Assembly: GCA_009914755.4 (NCBI GenBank)
Contig: CP086569.2
Coordinates: 17,632,001-17,696,000, forward strand
Direction: 5' to 3'
DNA length: 64,000 bases
DNA from: the human T2T-CHM13v2.0 reference genome, Homo sapiens
The notes beneath the pieces are model-generated. The model worked only from the letters and a program-made list of their open reading frames with translations, did not search any database and was not told the DNA's origin. Each line of letters begins with the position of its first letter. Position 1 is the first letter of the stretch. This document shows positions 49,272 through 62,558 of this stretch, in pieces. A program made the position numbers and the translations under genes.

Positions 49272-49692
49272 TACCTCTCTCTACCCTTTCCTTCTCTCCC
49301 TTCTCTCCCTTCTTTCCCTTCCTTCCTTCCTTCCCTCCTGCCTTCCTTCCTTCTTTTCCTTCCCTCCTTCCTTCCTCCTTCCCTCCTTCTCTCCCTCCCT
49401 CGCTCTTTCTCTCACCTTTCCTTCTTTCATCCTTCCTCTCTTCCTCTTTTCTTTTTTCTTGGTTATCTTTCATTCCCTCCCTCCCTCCCTACACCCATCC
49501 CTCCTTTCTTCTCTTCCTCCCTCCCTCCCTTCCTTCCTTCCTTTTCTTCTTTCCATTCTCTTTATCTCTCCCTTTCTCTGTTCTCCTTCCTTTCTACCCT
49601 CCCTTCCTCTCTTCCGTCCCTCCTTTCTTCTTTCCTCAATTCCTTTTCCTTTCTTTCTTCCCCTTCCTCCCCACCTCCTTCCCTCAACCCCC
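49272..49692. repeat. About 420-bp polypyrimidine (CCTT/CTCC/CCCT-rich) tract on the plus strand
   Basis: 'ctctaccctttccttctctcccttctctcccttctttcccttccttccttccttccctcc...' is almost exclusively C/T. ORF-track entries 49183-49768 are its translations. Confidence 0.95.
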
Positions 49693-49694
49693 AT

Positions 49695-49956
49695 TTTTTG
49701 AGACAGTCTTCCTTTATTGCTCAGGCTGGAGAACGGTGGTGCCATCATGGCTCCCTGTGCAGCCTTGACCTTCTGAGCTCAAGTAGCTCGGACTACAGTT
49801 GTGCACCAACACACCTGACTAAATTTTTTCATTTTTAGTAGAGACAAGTTCTTGCTATGTTGCCCAGGCTAGTACCCAATGCCTGAGCCCTAGTCATTCT
49901 CCTGCCTCAACTTCCCAAAATGCTGAGATAACAGGCATGAGCCATGGTGCCTGGCC
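49695..49956 (-). mobile_element. Alu SINE (old, diverged; AluJ-like)
   Basis: 'tttttgagacagtcttcctttattgctcaggctggagaacggtggtgccatcatggctccctgtgcagccttgaccttctgagctcaagtagc...cccaaaatgctgagataacaggcatgagccatggtgcctggcc'. Confidence 0.8.
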
Positions 49957-50624
49957 CTGCCTCACTTCCCTCTGTCTCTTCACTGCCTGTCTTTTCTGTG
50001 TTTTGTTTTCTCAAAACCACCTAAAATTTCTTACGTTGCCATTGCTAAGTCTCTTTAACAGGAGTGCATTTCCTGTTTATCTTTGTATACATTCTCTTTC
50101 TCATGTTTTAAACATTTTCACAGAGTTCATATGTATTTCTTTTATTAAGCTGGAACTTTAGATAATCTCTACAAGACAGTGTTTGTAAACCATTAGATAT
50201 GACAACTGATCAAATGTTTAATATGCCAAAAGTTATGGCTACTGTCCATTCAGACACCAACAACATTTTAGACTTGTATCTTCAACTTCACTGCAAATTC
50301 ATGTGCACAGTGTCTCACATGGTGTGTGGACTTTTTCACAACTGGGTGGTTATGAGCCTGATTATCTATCCTTCTCAACATGTGGTCATTTAAGTACTAG
50401 AAACAAAACAAAACAAAATGAATAATCCCTGGCTGCCTGAAAAAATAGCTAATGTGTATCCTTTTCTTAAAAGTGATTCATGGGGAATAATAATGCACAG
50501 AGTTACTATCCTCAGTGAACTTCTGTTTCTCAACCCCCTACTCATTCAATGCATACTTGAGGGCAATATGTTTTTATCTGAAACCTAACCTGTTTTTTAT
50601 GTGTTCTGTTTTATTATCAGTATC

Positions 50625-50700
50625 TATGTATTTATCATATTTATCGTATCTATCTATCATCTATCTATCTATCTATCTAACCATCTATCTGTCTATCCTT
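50625..50700. repeat. (TATC)n microsatellite
   Basis: 'tatcatatttatcgtatctatctatcatctatctatctatctatctaaccatctatctgtctatcc'. Confidence 0.9.
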
Positions 50701-51440
50701 CTTCTGTTGTTTGGTTGAGTTCAGAACTGTTTAGGAAGAAATACCTTTCTTTGGTAGTCTCTACCCTCATGAAATAACAGTTTGCTGTTAAGTAATAAGC
50801 CACACTTTTTGGAAGGTGTTCCACACTCAGAACCTTTTGGATGCAAAAAGGTCAGTGAATTGTATAAACCTTCTTCACACTTTCCATCTCCTCTAATTTG
50901 TGTTTCCAAATGCTGAGTCTGAATAGATTAACTATCATTTCTCAATCTGGCTAATTAGTGCATATAAGTAATTAATATTCTTACTTTCTAAATGCTATGA
51001 GTTTTTCACAGTCCCTCCCATGTATTGTAACACTCCCATGTATTATAACTGCCATGTATTTATAATATGTGTTATCTTTACTATAATTATAACGTGTATT
51101 ATAAATGTGGCTATTGTCATAACCACATTTTTAATTAAGATAAGCAATATCCATGAAAATAATATTTTATACATCACTGTGTTTGATGGCCTTCTCCCAA
51201 ATTCTGATCAAAATGCCTGCAAAAATACAAGTGAAAAATCCAAATAGCTACAAAATGTAACTATTATTTATGTATGAAATCTGAGAGAGAAATATAAAAT
51301 ATATATGTATGTTATTAAAAGGTCTGTGGGGCATATTTATTTTGTAGTCAGATATGTATGTAAAACCATTGAATGTACACATGTCAGAGAAAACTCAGTG
51401 TGGAACAGAGAGAAATATTCTCTTCAAAATATTTTTAATG

Positions 51441-52333
51441 GATACATCATAGTTGTACATATTTATGGGATACTTGTGATATTTGATAGAAGCATACAAG
51501 GTATAATGATCAAATCTGGGTAAGTGGGATATCAATTACCACCAACATTTGTCATCACTGTGTGTTGGGAACATTTCAAATATACTCTTCTGTCAATTTT
51601 GAAATATAAAATAAATCGTTAATTATATTCATCCTATTGTACTACCAAGCACCAGATTTTATTTCTTCTACCTAACAGTATTTTTGTAACTTATTAACCA
51701 CCCCCTTTTTCTTCTGTCTCCTCACTACCCTCTTCACCCACTGGTGACCACTATTCTACTCTCCACCTCCGTAAGATCCACTTTTGTAGCTTCCACATGT
51801 GATTGAAAACATGCAGAATGTGTGCTTCTCTGCCTGGATTATTTTACTTAACATAATGTCCTCCAGTTCTAGCCATGTTGTTGCAAATGACAGAATATCT
51901 TTTTTTTTTTCCAAAGGTGGAATAGTAATTCATTGTGAATATATACTACATTTTATTTATCCATTCACCCACTGACAGATATTTATGTTGATTTTGCATG
52001 TTAGCTATTGGGAATAGTGCAGCAATATGAGTATAAGTAGATTAACCATCATTTCTTAAGCTGGCTAATCAGTGCATATAATTAATGATTCATATTCATA
52101 GTTTCTAAATGCTATGAGTTTTTCCCAATTTCTCACCTGTATTATAACACTTCATTATCACAACCACATTTTCATATTGAGATCGACAATATGAATGAAA
52201 ATAATATTTCACACATCACTGTCTTTGATATATGCTGCATTACAAGCATGGGGGTGCAGGTATCCCTTTGATATATTGCTTTTCTTTCTTTTGGATAAAT
52301 ATCCAGCAGGTGGATTGCTGGATCATATGGTAG
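51441..52333 (-). mobile_element. L1MA-type L1 3' end, antisense, carrying a roughly 200-bp foreign insert at 52029-52229
   Basis: 'ggatacatcatagttgtacatatttatgggatacttgtgatatttgatagaagcatacaaggtataatgatcaaatctgggtaagtgggatatcaattaccaccaacatttgtcatcactgtgtgttgggaacatttcaaatatactcttc...ccactggtgaccactattctactctccacctccgtaagatccacttttgtagcttccacatgtgattgaaaacatgcagaatgtg...' then, after the insert, 'tccagcaggtggattgctggatcatatggtag'. Confidence 0.85.
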
Positions 52334-52782
52334 CAATATTGTTAGTGTTTGGAGGTAGCTCTCTGCTGATTTCCATGGAGGCTGTACTAGGGATGCCAAG
52401 GAGAAAGGAAGAGCGGTGTCTCCTCTCAAGGTTGCATAAGTGAATCAATGACTTGGTGATGAGTGAGGTGTGGTTTTCGAAGGCCAATAATCTTATTTGG
52501 AGACCACCACGGTCATAGAACAATTTCTGTTAACTGAATGCAATAAGGTATATCTTCGAATGGTGATAAAATACACTATCTGATATACTTTGCATCAACC
52601 ACTCATGAGGTTGGACAATGGGTGTCACCCAGTTTAGAAATTTGTTTCAGACTTAAAGACTTGCAGTGGACACTTTAATACTCTAGGCAGAGGCTCCTCC
52701 TGTACCTACATGGCGTGATGCTTCCCTTCACCCCAGGCCTTTCAATTCAGTGTCTATGAGGGTGGTTTAAGAGCATTCTCCT

Positions 52783-53112
52783 GGCTGGGACTGGTGGCTT
52801 AGGCCTGTTGTCCCAGCACTTTGGGAGGCCAAAACAGGTGGATCAACTGAGGTCAGGAGTTTGGGACGAGCCGGCCAACATGGCAAAACCCCATCTCTAC
52901 TAAAAACACCAAAATCAGTTGTATTGCTTATATTATATTAGTTGTATTTCTTATATTATTAGGTGTGGTGGTGTACCTTTACCCTAAACTACTTGGGAAG
53001 CTGAGGCAGAAGAATCATTTCAACCTGGGAGGTGGAGAGATTGTGCCACTAGAAGCCAGCCTGGGCAACAGAGCAAGACCCTGTCAACAACAACAACAAA
53101 AAAAAAAAAAAA
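52783..53112 (+). mobile_element. Alu SINE with an atypical 22-bp x2 tandem insert in the middle linker
   Basis: 'ggctgggactggtggcttaggcctgttgtcccagcactttgggaggccaaaacaggtggatcaactgaggtcaggagtttgggacgagccggccaacatggcaaaaccccatctctactaaaaacaccaaaatcag' + 'ttgtattgcttatattatattag'/'ttgtatttcttatattattag' + 'gtgtggtggtg...cttgggaagctgaggcagaagaatcatttcaacctgggaggtggagagattgtgccactagaagccagcctgggcaacagagcaagaccctgtc'. Confidence 0.85.
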
Positions 53113-53198
53113 TAAAGAAAGAGAGAAAGAAAGGAACAAAGAAAAGAAGAAGGAAAGAAAGGAAGTAGGAAAGAAAGGAAGTAGGAAAGAAAGAAGGA

Positions 53199-53250
<52 letters not shown>

Positions 53251-53369
53251 GAAAGAAAGAAAGAAAGGAAGAAAGGAAGGAAGGAAGGAAGGAAGGAAAG
53301 AGGGAGGGAGGGAGGGAGGGAAGGAAGGGAGGGAAAGTGAAAGCAAGCAAGCAAGCAAGCAAGCAAGCA
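53113..53369. repeat. Purine-strand compound microsatellite graded (GAAA)n -> (GGAA)n -> (GGGA)n -> (AAGC)n
   Basis: '...gaaagaaagaaagaaagaaag...ggaaggaaggaaggaagg...agggagggagggagggagg...agcaagcaagcaagcaagcaagcaagca'. Confidence 0.95.
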
Positions 53370-53501
53370 TTCTTCGTATCAAAACTTCTGCGTACAAGTG
53401 TTCTCCTGAAATTCTATTTCCCAGGGAACCCTAAGATCAGGGTAGTGTGAATAACTCTATGGTAAATAAGTATATGATTTTAAATAACTGTATGATTTTA
53501 A

Positions 53502-54128
<627 letters not shown>

Positions 54129-54525
54129 ATATTTTTATATAACTATTTATCCTCAGCTTCGGCTGCCATTACAAAGTTTCACAGACCGGGCTGCTTGAAC
54201 AAAAGACATTTATTTTCCTTGAACCCTAATACCAGCCTAGTGTAAATAACTTTATGATTTTAAAATGCGTTTTCTTTTCATATAATTAGTTATGCTTATA
54301 GTATTATTAGTCAGCTTGGGCTTCCATAACAAAGTCCCACAGACCGCACTCCTTGAACAACAGACATTTATTTTCTCACAGTCCTGGAGGCTGGAAGCCA
54401 AGACCAAGGTGTGGGCAAGGCTGGTTCCTTCTCAGGCCTCTCTCTTTGGCATGTAGAGACCATCTTCTTCCTATGACTTTGTATGATCATCCATCTGTGT
54501 ACGGTGTCTGTGTCCTAATCTTGAC

Positions 54526-55233
<708 letters not shown>

Positions 55234-55654
55234 GTCAATCTTCTTTTCTTATAAGGACAGCAGTTCTATTGGTTCAAGGCCCACCCTAGTGACTTTATTT
55301 TACCTTAATCCCCTTTCAAAGACCCTATTTACAAATATAGCCAACATAAGGAGGTCTTAGGGGTTAGGATTTCAAAATACACGTTATTCCTGGGAACACA
55401 ATTCATTCCATAGCGCCTAAGAATGACTAAAATGTCTTTTTGAATTTCCAGTTTTCCTACCATATTTTAAGACACTGCATCCTTTGTCGGAAAAAAAAAA
55501 AAAGATTAAGAAGAGCATTGAAAGGAGATTTCAAAGTAGGACTGTAAAGAAATAATGCAACTTATAATTTTACTATCAATTATTTTCTATATAATATGTT
55601 TATATAATATTTTCACATATATATGTACACAGATTAGTGTACATGGACTACCTA

Positions 55655-56345
55655 ATCATCCTTTATCTACCATCTATCTATGTACCTATTAGTCTATTAA
55701 TTATCTATCTATAATCTATCTACACTATGTATGTATGTATGTATCTATCTATCCATCTATCACCTGTCTACCTATCTATGTATCCCTCTACCTTATGTAT
55801 CTACCTATCTTATCTATTTACATCTTTCAGCCTACCTATCTACCTCTCTAATCTATGTATCCATCTAATCTATGTACCCATCTACCCATTTATCTATCTG
55901 CTACCTATGCTGTTTATCTATCATCTATCTACCTGTCTAATCTATCTGTGTATGTATGTATGTATGTATGTATCTATCTATCTCCTGTCTATCTATGTAT
56001 ATATCCCTCTACCTTATCTATCTATCTACCTATTTTATCTATTTACATTTGTCAGCCTACCTATCTAACTCTCTAATCTATGTATCTATCTGGTCTATGT
56101 ACCTACCTACCCATTTATCTATCTGCTACCTATGCTGCTTATCTATCATCTATCTACCTGTCTAATCTAGCTGTGTATCTATGTATCTATGTATCTATCT
56201 ATCTATCTATCATCTATTAATCTATCATCTATCTAATCTATCTTTTTATCCACTAATCCATTTACTATCTATCATCTATCTTTCATCTATCAAACTATGT
56301 ACTCATCCATCTATTTATATCTATCTATGTATCTATCAATCTACA
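55655..56345. repeat. (TATC)n-derived complex tract containing a roughly 230-bp higher-order unit duplicated in tandem (55723-55950 and 55951-56185)
   Basis: Both copies read 'gtatgtatgtatgtat...ctatctatc(c/t)...cctgtcta(c/t)ctatctatgtat...ccctctaccttat...tatctatttacat(c/t)t...cagcctacctatcta(c/a)ctctctaatctatgtat...cccatttatctatctgctacctatgctg(t/c)ttatctatcatctatctacctgtctaatcta(t/g)ctgtgtat'. Confidence 0.85.
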
Positions 56346-57114
56346 CTGGAATATTATTCAGCATTATAAAAAATGCAATCTTCCCATTTGCCATAGCATG
56401 AATGGACCTGGAGGACCATATACTAAGGGAAATAAACAAGATGCAGAAAGAAAATATTACATGATCTCACCCCTATGTATAAGCTAAAACAAACAACCAA
56501 TCAAACAAAAAATAGTCAAAGATACAGAAATAGGGTATAAAACTGTGAATATCAGAGGCAAGGCTCTAGAGGAAATTGTGGAGATGTAGCTCAAAGGATA
56601 CAAAGAATCAGATATGTCGAATTAATAGAAAGGTAATGTATATCACGAAGTCTACTGCGAATAAAATTGCATTTTATTAGAGATTTTGTCAAACAAGTAG
56701 ATTTTAGCTGATCCCGTCACTAAACTATAACTGTGTAAGATGATAGGTATGTTAGTTTGCTTCACTATGGTAACCAACTTATTATCTGTTGGTATCCCAT
56801 AACCTCATTATGTTATCCTTAAATATACAAAATTAAATATATTTAAAATAAAATACTGTTTTTAAAAAAACCACAAGGGCACTGGACATATAAGGATCCA
56901 AGAAGGTGAAAATGATACAGACAGCGACAAGAGGAGCAATAATGTTCTGTAGGTAGCTGTCGAACATGTGCGTTTCCTCTTTCCAGGATTGTATTTCACA
57001 CATGCTTGGGGGATCTTTCTCTGTATGTACACTGCTACGATTTTCAAATATTTCCCCCTTAACAGTGCCCACACCTATTTTCTTTAGTGTAATGAATTGA
57101 AACAATATTTCCTG

Positions 57115-57245
57115 GACAGGCACATGGTGGTTCACACCTGTAATCCCAGCAGGAGACTAAGAAGGGAGCATCACTTGAGGCCAGGAGTTCACTACTAACC
57201 TGGCCAACATAGCAAGATCCCATATCTGCAAAAAATAAAAAAGAA
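57115..57245 (+). mobile_element. Free left Alu monomer (FLAM/FRAM-like)
   Basis: 'ggcacatggtggttcacacctgtaatcccagcaggagactaagaagggagcatcacttgaggccaggagttcactactaacctggccaacatagcaagatcccatatctgcaaaaaataaaaaag'. Confidence 0.75.
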
Positions 57246-58202
57246 ACAATGTTTCCTGTATTTTTCAACTGGGTAGACAGGAAAGACAACTAAGAGAATG
57301 GATATTGATGTTTAACCATATGCTGTGACATGAAGGGCATTAAGGTGGCATGAAATCCATCTTGCCTTCCAGAATTAATTTTTTTGTAAATGTAGAGCAC
57401 GTCCAGTATTACATAATTAGCCAAAAGAGGAACCAATGCTAAGTACCACATTTTCGGTATGCTATTAAGAAGAAAGTCAAATATATGTAACATGAATTAT
57501 CCAATTTATACTGATCTGGGTTAGAATTGATGAACTACAGACCACTTATATTATACTAGCTATATAAGGAAAAAAATAGATTTTTATTGAAGACTACTAA
57601 ATATGCATAGTTCCTCTGATGAAGTTTAATTTCTATACCTGAAATTACTTTAATCAAAGAAAAATCATCTTGATATAGCAAATACAAGTGACTTATCTCC
57701 TAATTTCACACATCATCATCTCCCTGCTTGCTACTGATGCAGTTAATCAAACTGAGAAATCTGAAGAATTGATGTCCCTATAAATATTAACCATTAATTT
57801 TTCTTCAGAAATACATTTCATAAATATATCTTCATGTAGAAATATGTAAAGATATTTTCTTTTTGTTATGAATATCATCCATTTTTTATCTAGTGTACTT
57901 TATATATCTTGTATACCCAACAAATAGATAATTATTCGTGAAAAAATATGGAGAACAATGTTTGGAGGATTAAAAAAGAACATAAACTTAACATGTAACC
58001 ACATTTTGGATCCAAATTTCTAAATGTGCTTCAGTCTTAAATCTGCAAGCTTTACTGTACACCGTAAAAAGACATCTATATTTTTGTCTTATGAGTCAAA
58101 TGTAGAATCAAAATAGCTGAACTGGGGAAATTTATCATTTTCACATTTAAAAAGTGTAATAACATCTTCTAATGAATTTTATGATGTATATCAGATGGAT
58201 CA

Positions 58203-58510
<308 letters not shown>

Positions 58511-59230
58511 CCACTGCCAAGCCCCTGCTGAAATAACTTATCACCTTGAATCAATTTTGTTTTCACCAATTTTCCCAATAATAATGAGGCATACTGAATT
58601 TTCTACTTCTTGGTCACTGAGAAACAATCTTAGAATGTTACTGAATATTTAATTTTGGTTTGTTGAAATAACTGGTTCCCAAGAACTTCTTAAGCCACAG
58701 AAAAAAAATATAAGTGCTCACAGATATTAGCCACATGTTCTTTTCAAGAAAGTACCTCCCAAGATTATTAAATGATATGCCATTAAAATACTTCCTAAAA
58801 TTATTCAAATCATATCTAATGTGTGCATATCAATATCCAAGCAGAAAATTGCCACTTAGCAAATGGTAGAGTTCATTATCCAAGGGCAGTTAAGAGTTCT
58901 TCAAGGAAAATAGGAAGCCTGGCTTATGATGGTGTATTTTAAAAATATTTTAGTATTTTCTTGATCTATTTATGTTGAGATTTTTGGAAAATATTACTTT
59001 ATAATCTTATATGTTTCTCGGCTTATCCATCAATTCAGGATCTACTTAAAACCTAAATTTGTTAATATGTCATTTATCCTCTCAGTCATTAATAGTCTTG
59101 ACAAACTCTCAAATTTCAGTGTTTCTGCTTTCTAATCTGTTAGAACTCTCAACATGATGACAATGGCCATTCAGATGTTCTTAAATAGAAACTTTAAAAC
59201 ATTGCTCTCTTATTTAAAATCACCAATATG

Positions 59231-59405
59231 AAATCCCGTCTCTACTAAAAATACAAAAATTAGCTGGACACGGTGGCACGTGCCTTTTACTCATAGCTAC
59301 TTGGGAGGCTGAGGCAGGAAAATTGCTTGAACTCGGGAGGCAGAGGTTGCAGTGAGCCAAGATCATGACACTGCACTCCAGCCTGGCAAAAGAGAGTGAG
59401 ACCTC
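59231..59405 (+). mobile_element. Alu 3' portion (5'-truncated)
   Basis: 'gaaatcccgtctctactaaaaatacaaaaattagctggacacggtggcacgtgcc...ctacttgggaggctgaggcaggaaaattgcttgaactcgggaggcagaggttgcagtgagccaagatcatgacactgcactccagcctggcaaaagagagtgagacc'. Confidence 0.85.
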
Positions 59406-60121
59406 ATCAATTATCTTTGAGTGTGTCTCAGTTGTGTGTATGTGTTCATGAGTAAAAATGCCACTGTTAAATCTATATCTATAAATATCTGTGGAAGTCT
59501 TAATTTAGATGTCTTTTACTAACTCTGTAAATATTAATATCTGTGTCTATGAAATCCATAATGATCCAATCTATATATGCAGTGACAAGAAAAACAAACT
59601 TATTATATGAAATGAGAGCTTTAGAATAGAGAAATATTTTATTTTTTACTTTATGCTTGCCTGAGTTTCATCTTTTGTCAAAAACTACACGTTACTTTAT
59701 AATCATAAGAAAAGAAAGGAAAAATCAACTTAAAATGTCACATTATTGCTATAAGAGAAATGATGCATAAATTGTGTAAAAATAATTTCTGCTACAATAG
59801 TCTGTAAATAAGACAGGGTCTATAGCTGTTTTGTAAATAGGATCCCTTAATTTTAAGTCAAGCATTGCAGTGAGAAATGACAACTAATAAATGGTGCTAT
59901 TAGTGGGCATTTATAACACAATGTTATGGTTTCATTTCCAGGAAATAAGCTAAATATATTTGCATTCAAAGACATGTCTTTTTCTTCTTGAACTAGTAAA
60001 TACATGGAACAGTGTTTGTTTATATAATTACTTGATGGATAAATCAAGATTTTTAAACCCTACCATATGCAACTTCATTCTATTAGTGGATATGTATATG
60101 TTCCTTAATCACTATAATTTC

Positions 60122-60253
60122 TTTTTTATTTTTAAAATGATAGTGATAGGGTCTTACTATGTGCCCCAGCTTTTCTGAAACTCCTGGGCTTGATCTACCT
60201 GTCTCAGCCTCCCAAAGTGCTGAAATTGTGGGCCTAAGCCACTGCACCAGGCC
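60122..60253 (-). mobile_element. Free Alu monomer (FLAM-like), antisense
   Basis: 'ttttttatttttaaaatgatagtgatagggtcttactatgtgccccagcttttctgaaactcctgggcttgatctacctgtctcagcctcccaaagtgctgaaattgtgggcctaagccactgcaccaggcc'. Confidence 0.8.
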
Positions 60254-61244
60254 AGATATTTTAAGGTACTTAAAATGATAAGAATGCATGTAAGAACAAC
60301 CATATATTTAGAGATAAAGCGTATGATTATGCAACATTTTTAAAAAATATCATTTGATCAGTATATGTTTTTTGAATGATTGTACATAACAGTAGTAAAT
60401 TTTTAAAGATCATAATGAATATTTAGGTGACAGTAAAAAGAAAAAATACCTTAAATGATAATTTTTGTTTTCATAGTTTTAATATATAAAACTATGAAAA
60501 CTGATATATACAGTATAATTCTTCATTGTTTAGCAATAGAAAATCTTCATCCTTTGGAAAGAAATATATCTTATAAAATATTTCATACATAATATAATTA
60601 ATTGCATATATAATATATTTATATATACACACAGACATACAAATCCACAGCCATATATACTTCATTCTTTTAATTTTTTCAGTGTACTCATGACATACAG
60701 AAATGTTGGAGGAAGTTATTCTAACATTTTCTCAGTATTTTACTCAAATAAAGTAAGAAAAAAATAGAGACTATTTAAATAGAAGAGTAAGTATTCACTT
60801 AAGGTACTTATATATATTTTAAGGTACTTAAAATGATAAGAATGCATGTAAGAACAACTATATATTTAGAGATAAAGCATATGATTATGCAACATTTTTT
60901 TAAAAATATCATTTAATAAGGAAATATTCCAACATCATCTAAAAGCTACTTTCCCAGCACACTTCCTTTTTTACTCCAGGATGGTAGGTTTATTCACATC
61001 CTGATGTTTTAATGGAAATTATAACCTTTGAAAATGTGTAGCTCTCAGCTCAAAAACTGGCATGAATACTTATTAGATACCTGAAGTTGGCAATTGACTA
61101 GCAATCTATGAATTTTATTTTTCTCACCTGTAAACTGAAGATCTCTATTGCCCAGATTTATTACAGAATAAAAGGAAATTTAATACTTAATTGGGAATAT
61201 AGTTTTTATTTTTAAGAAAGTCAAAATTGATATGAGACACCATT

Positions 61245-61265
61245 CTTTGGAGAGAGAGAGAGAGA
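61245..61265. repeat. (GA)n microsatellite
   Basis: 'gagagagagagagagagagatc'. Confidence 0.85.
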
Positions 61266-62530
61266 GAGATCTATAAAAGTAGTGTATTAGTTTGGTTCAA
61301 AATAAGTTGAGGGTTTGCCATTGAAAGTAATAGGAGAAACTGAAAGTAATAGACATTTTCAACATATAAAGAAATTCTTAATGACTCCAAAACCAAGGAG
61401 TCATTGAAAATTAGACTCTAGAATAAAAAGAAAAAAGCAAAATACTAACATTTTAAATATCAGGTATCTAGTTTTCTCTTTTTATTTGTGTTGAGTTTTT
61501 CTTTAATTGGACCTTAAAAGAGATAGTTCACTCTTGAGTTAATAAATTACATAAAAAAAGAAAAGAAAAAAGAAGCCTTTTAGATTCTTTGATTCTAGAC
61601 ATCAAAGATCTCTGTCTTCTGTGTTGTTGCTAAAATGATTATAGAGTTGTGAGGTTTTTATTAATTTATCAGTTGCATTGGAGGTTGAATTGCATTCTCT
61701 AGAGGCCAAATACATAAATAACATGTAGCAGAAAGAGTTATTTATGTGGGACATGAACTTTGACAGAGTCCCGCTTGCTCTTTAATTGTAACAGCAGTTA
61801 ATGGATGGGAAAAACAAAAAGTATAGCTGAAAGGAAACGTGCTAATAGACAGTAGAACACTTTTAAATGCAGTGTTTTGTAATTAAATGTCTGGTTTGTT
61901 GGAGTAGAGAGCTCATGTTTCTGGGAACTTGATCACATCATAGATCAGTTAGTCTTACACCAGAAAATATTATTTGAAAGGTTAGGAAGACAAAAAATAA
62001 GAAATTCGTGAGATATGCAGAGATTACAGTTTAGAAAATTAGTGTCCAATACACAAACTGTTCACAGTTCATAAACTTGTGAACATAGTGTTGGGGATGC
62101 ATTTACAGATAATTAATTACAGTGTTTTCTATTTCTACTGGTTTTTCGAAGGAGTGTCTGAACCACAAAGACATTGCTTTTGCTTAGTGTTTGACCCACA
62201 TCCAAGGTCATTTCCTTTACAAAATTTTTTCCCAAGACCTTGAGAAGCACAAATCATCTATAAACGTCTACAAAAGTACCTGTAAATTGTGTATTCTGTA
62301 GAATATCTTACCAGTAACCTGGAAAAATAAAATCTGTAAGTGCTGTAGTAGCCTGTCTAGAAAAACAAGGGGAAATGGAGAGATATTCATGAAAATAGGC
62401 AAAGTTTCAGTAATGCAGAATAATGAAGTGCTGAAGATCCAATCTATAGCATAGTGACTGTAGATAATAACATATACTTGAAATTTCCTAACTGAGAATA
62501 TATTAAGTGTTCTCACAACCATTTTCTCAC

Positions 62531-62558
62531 ATACACAGACACACACACACGCACACAG
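62531..62558. repeat. (CA)n microsatellite
   Basis: 'acacagacacacacacacgcacacag'. Confidence 0.85.
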
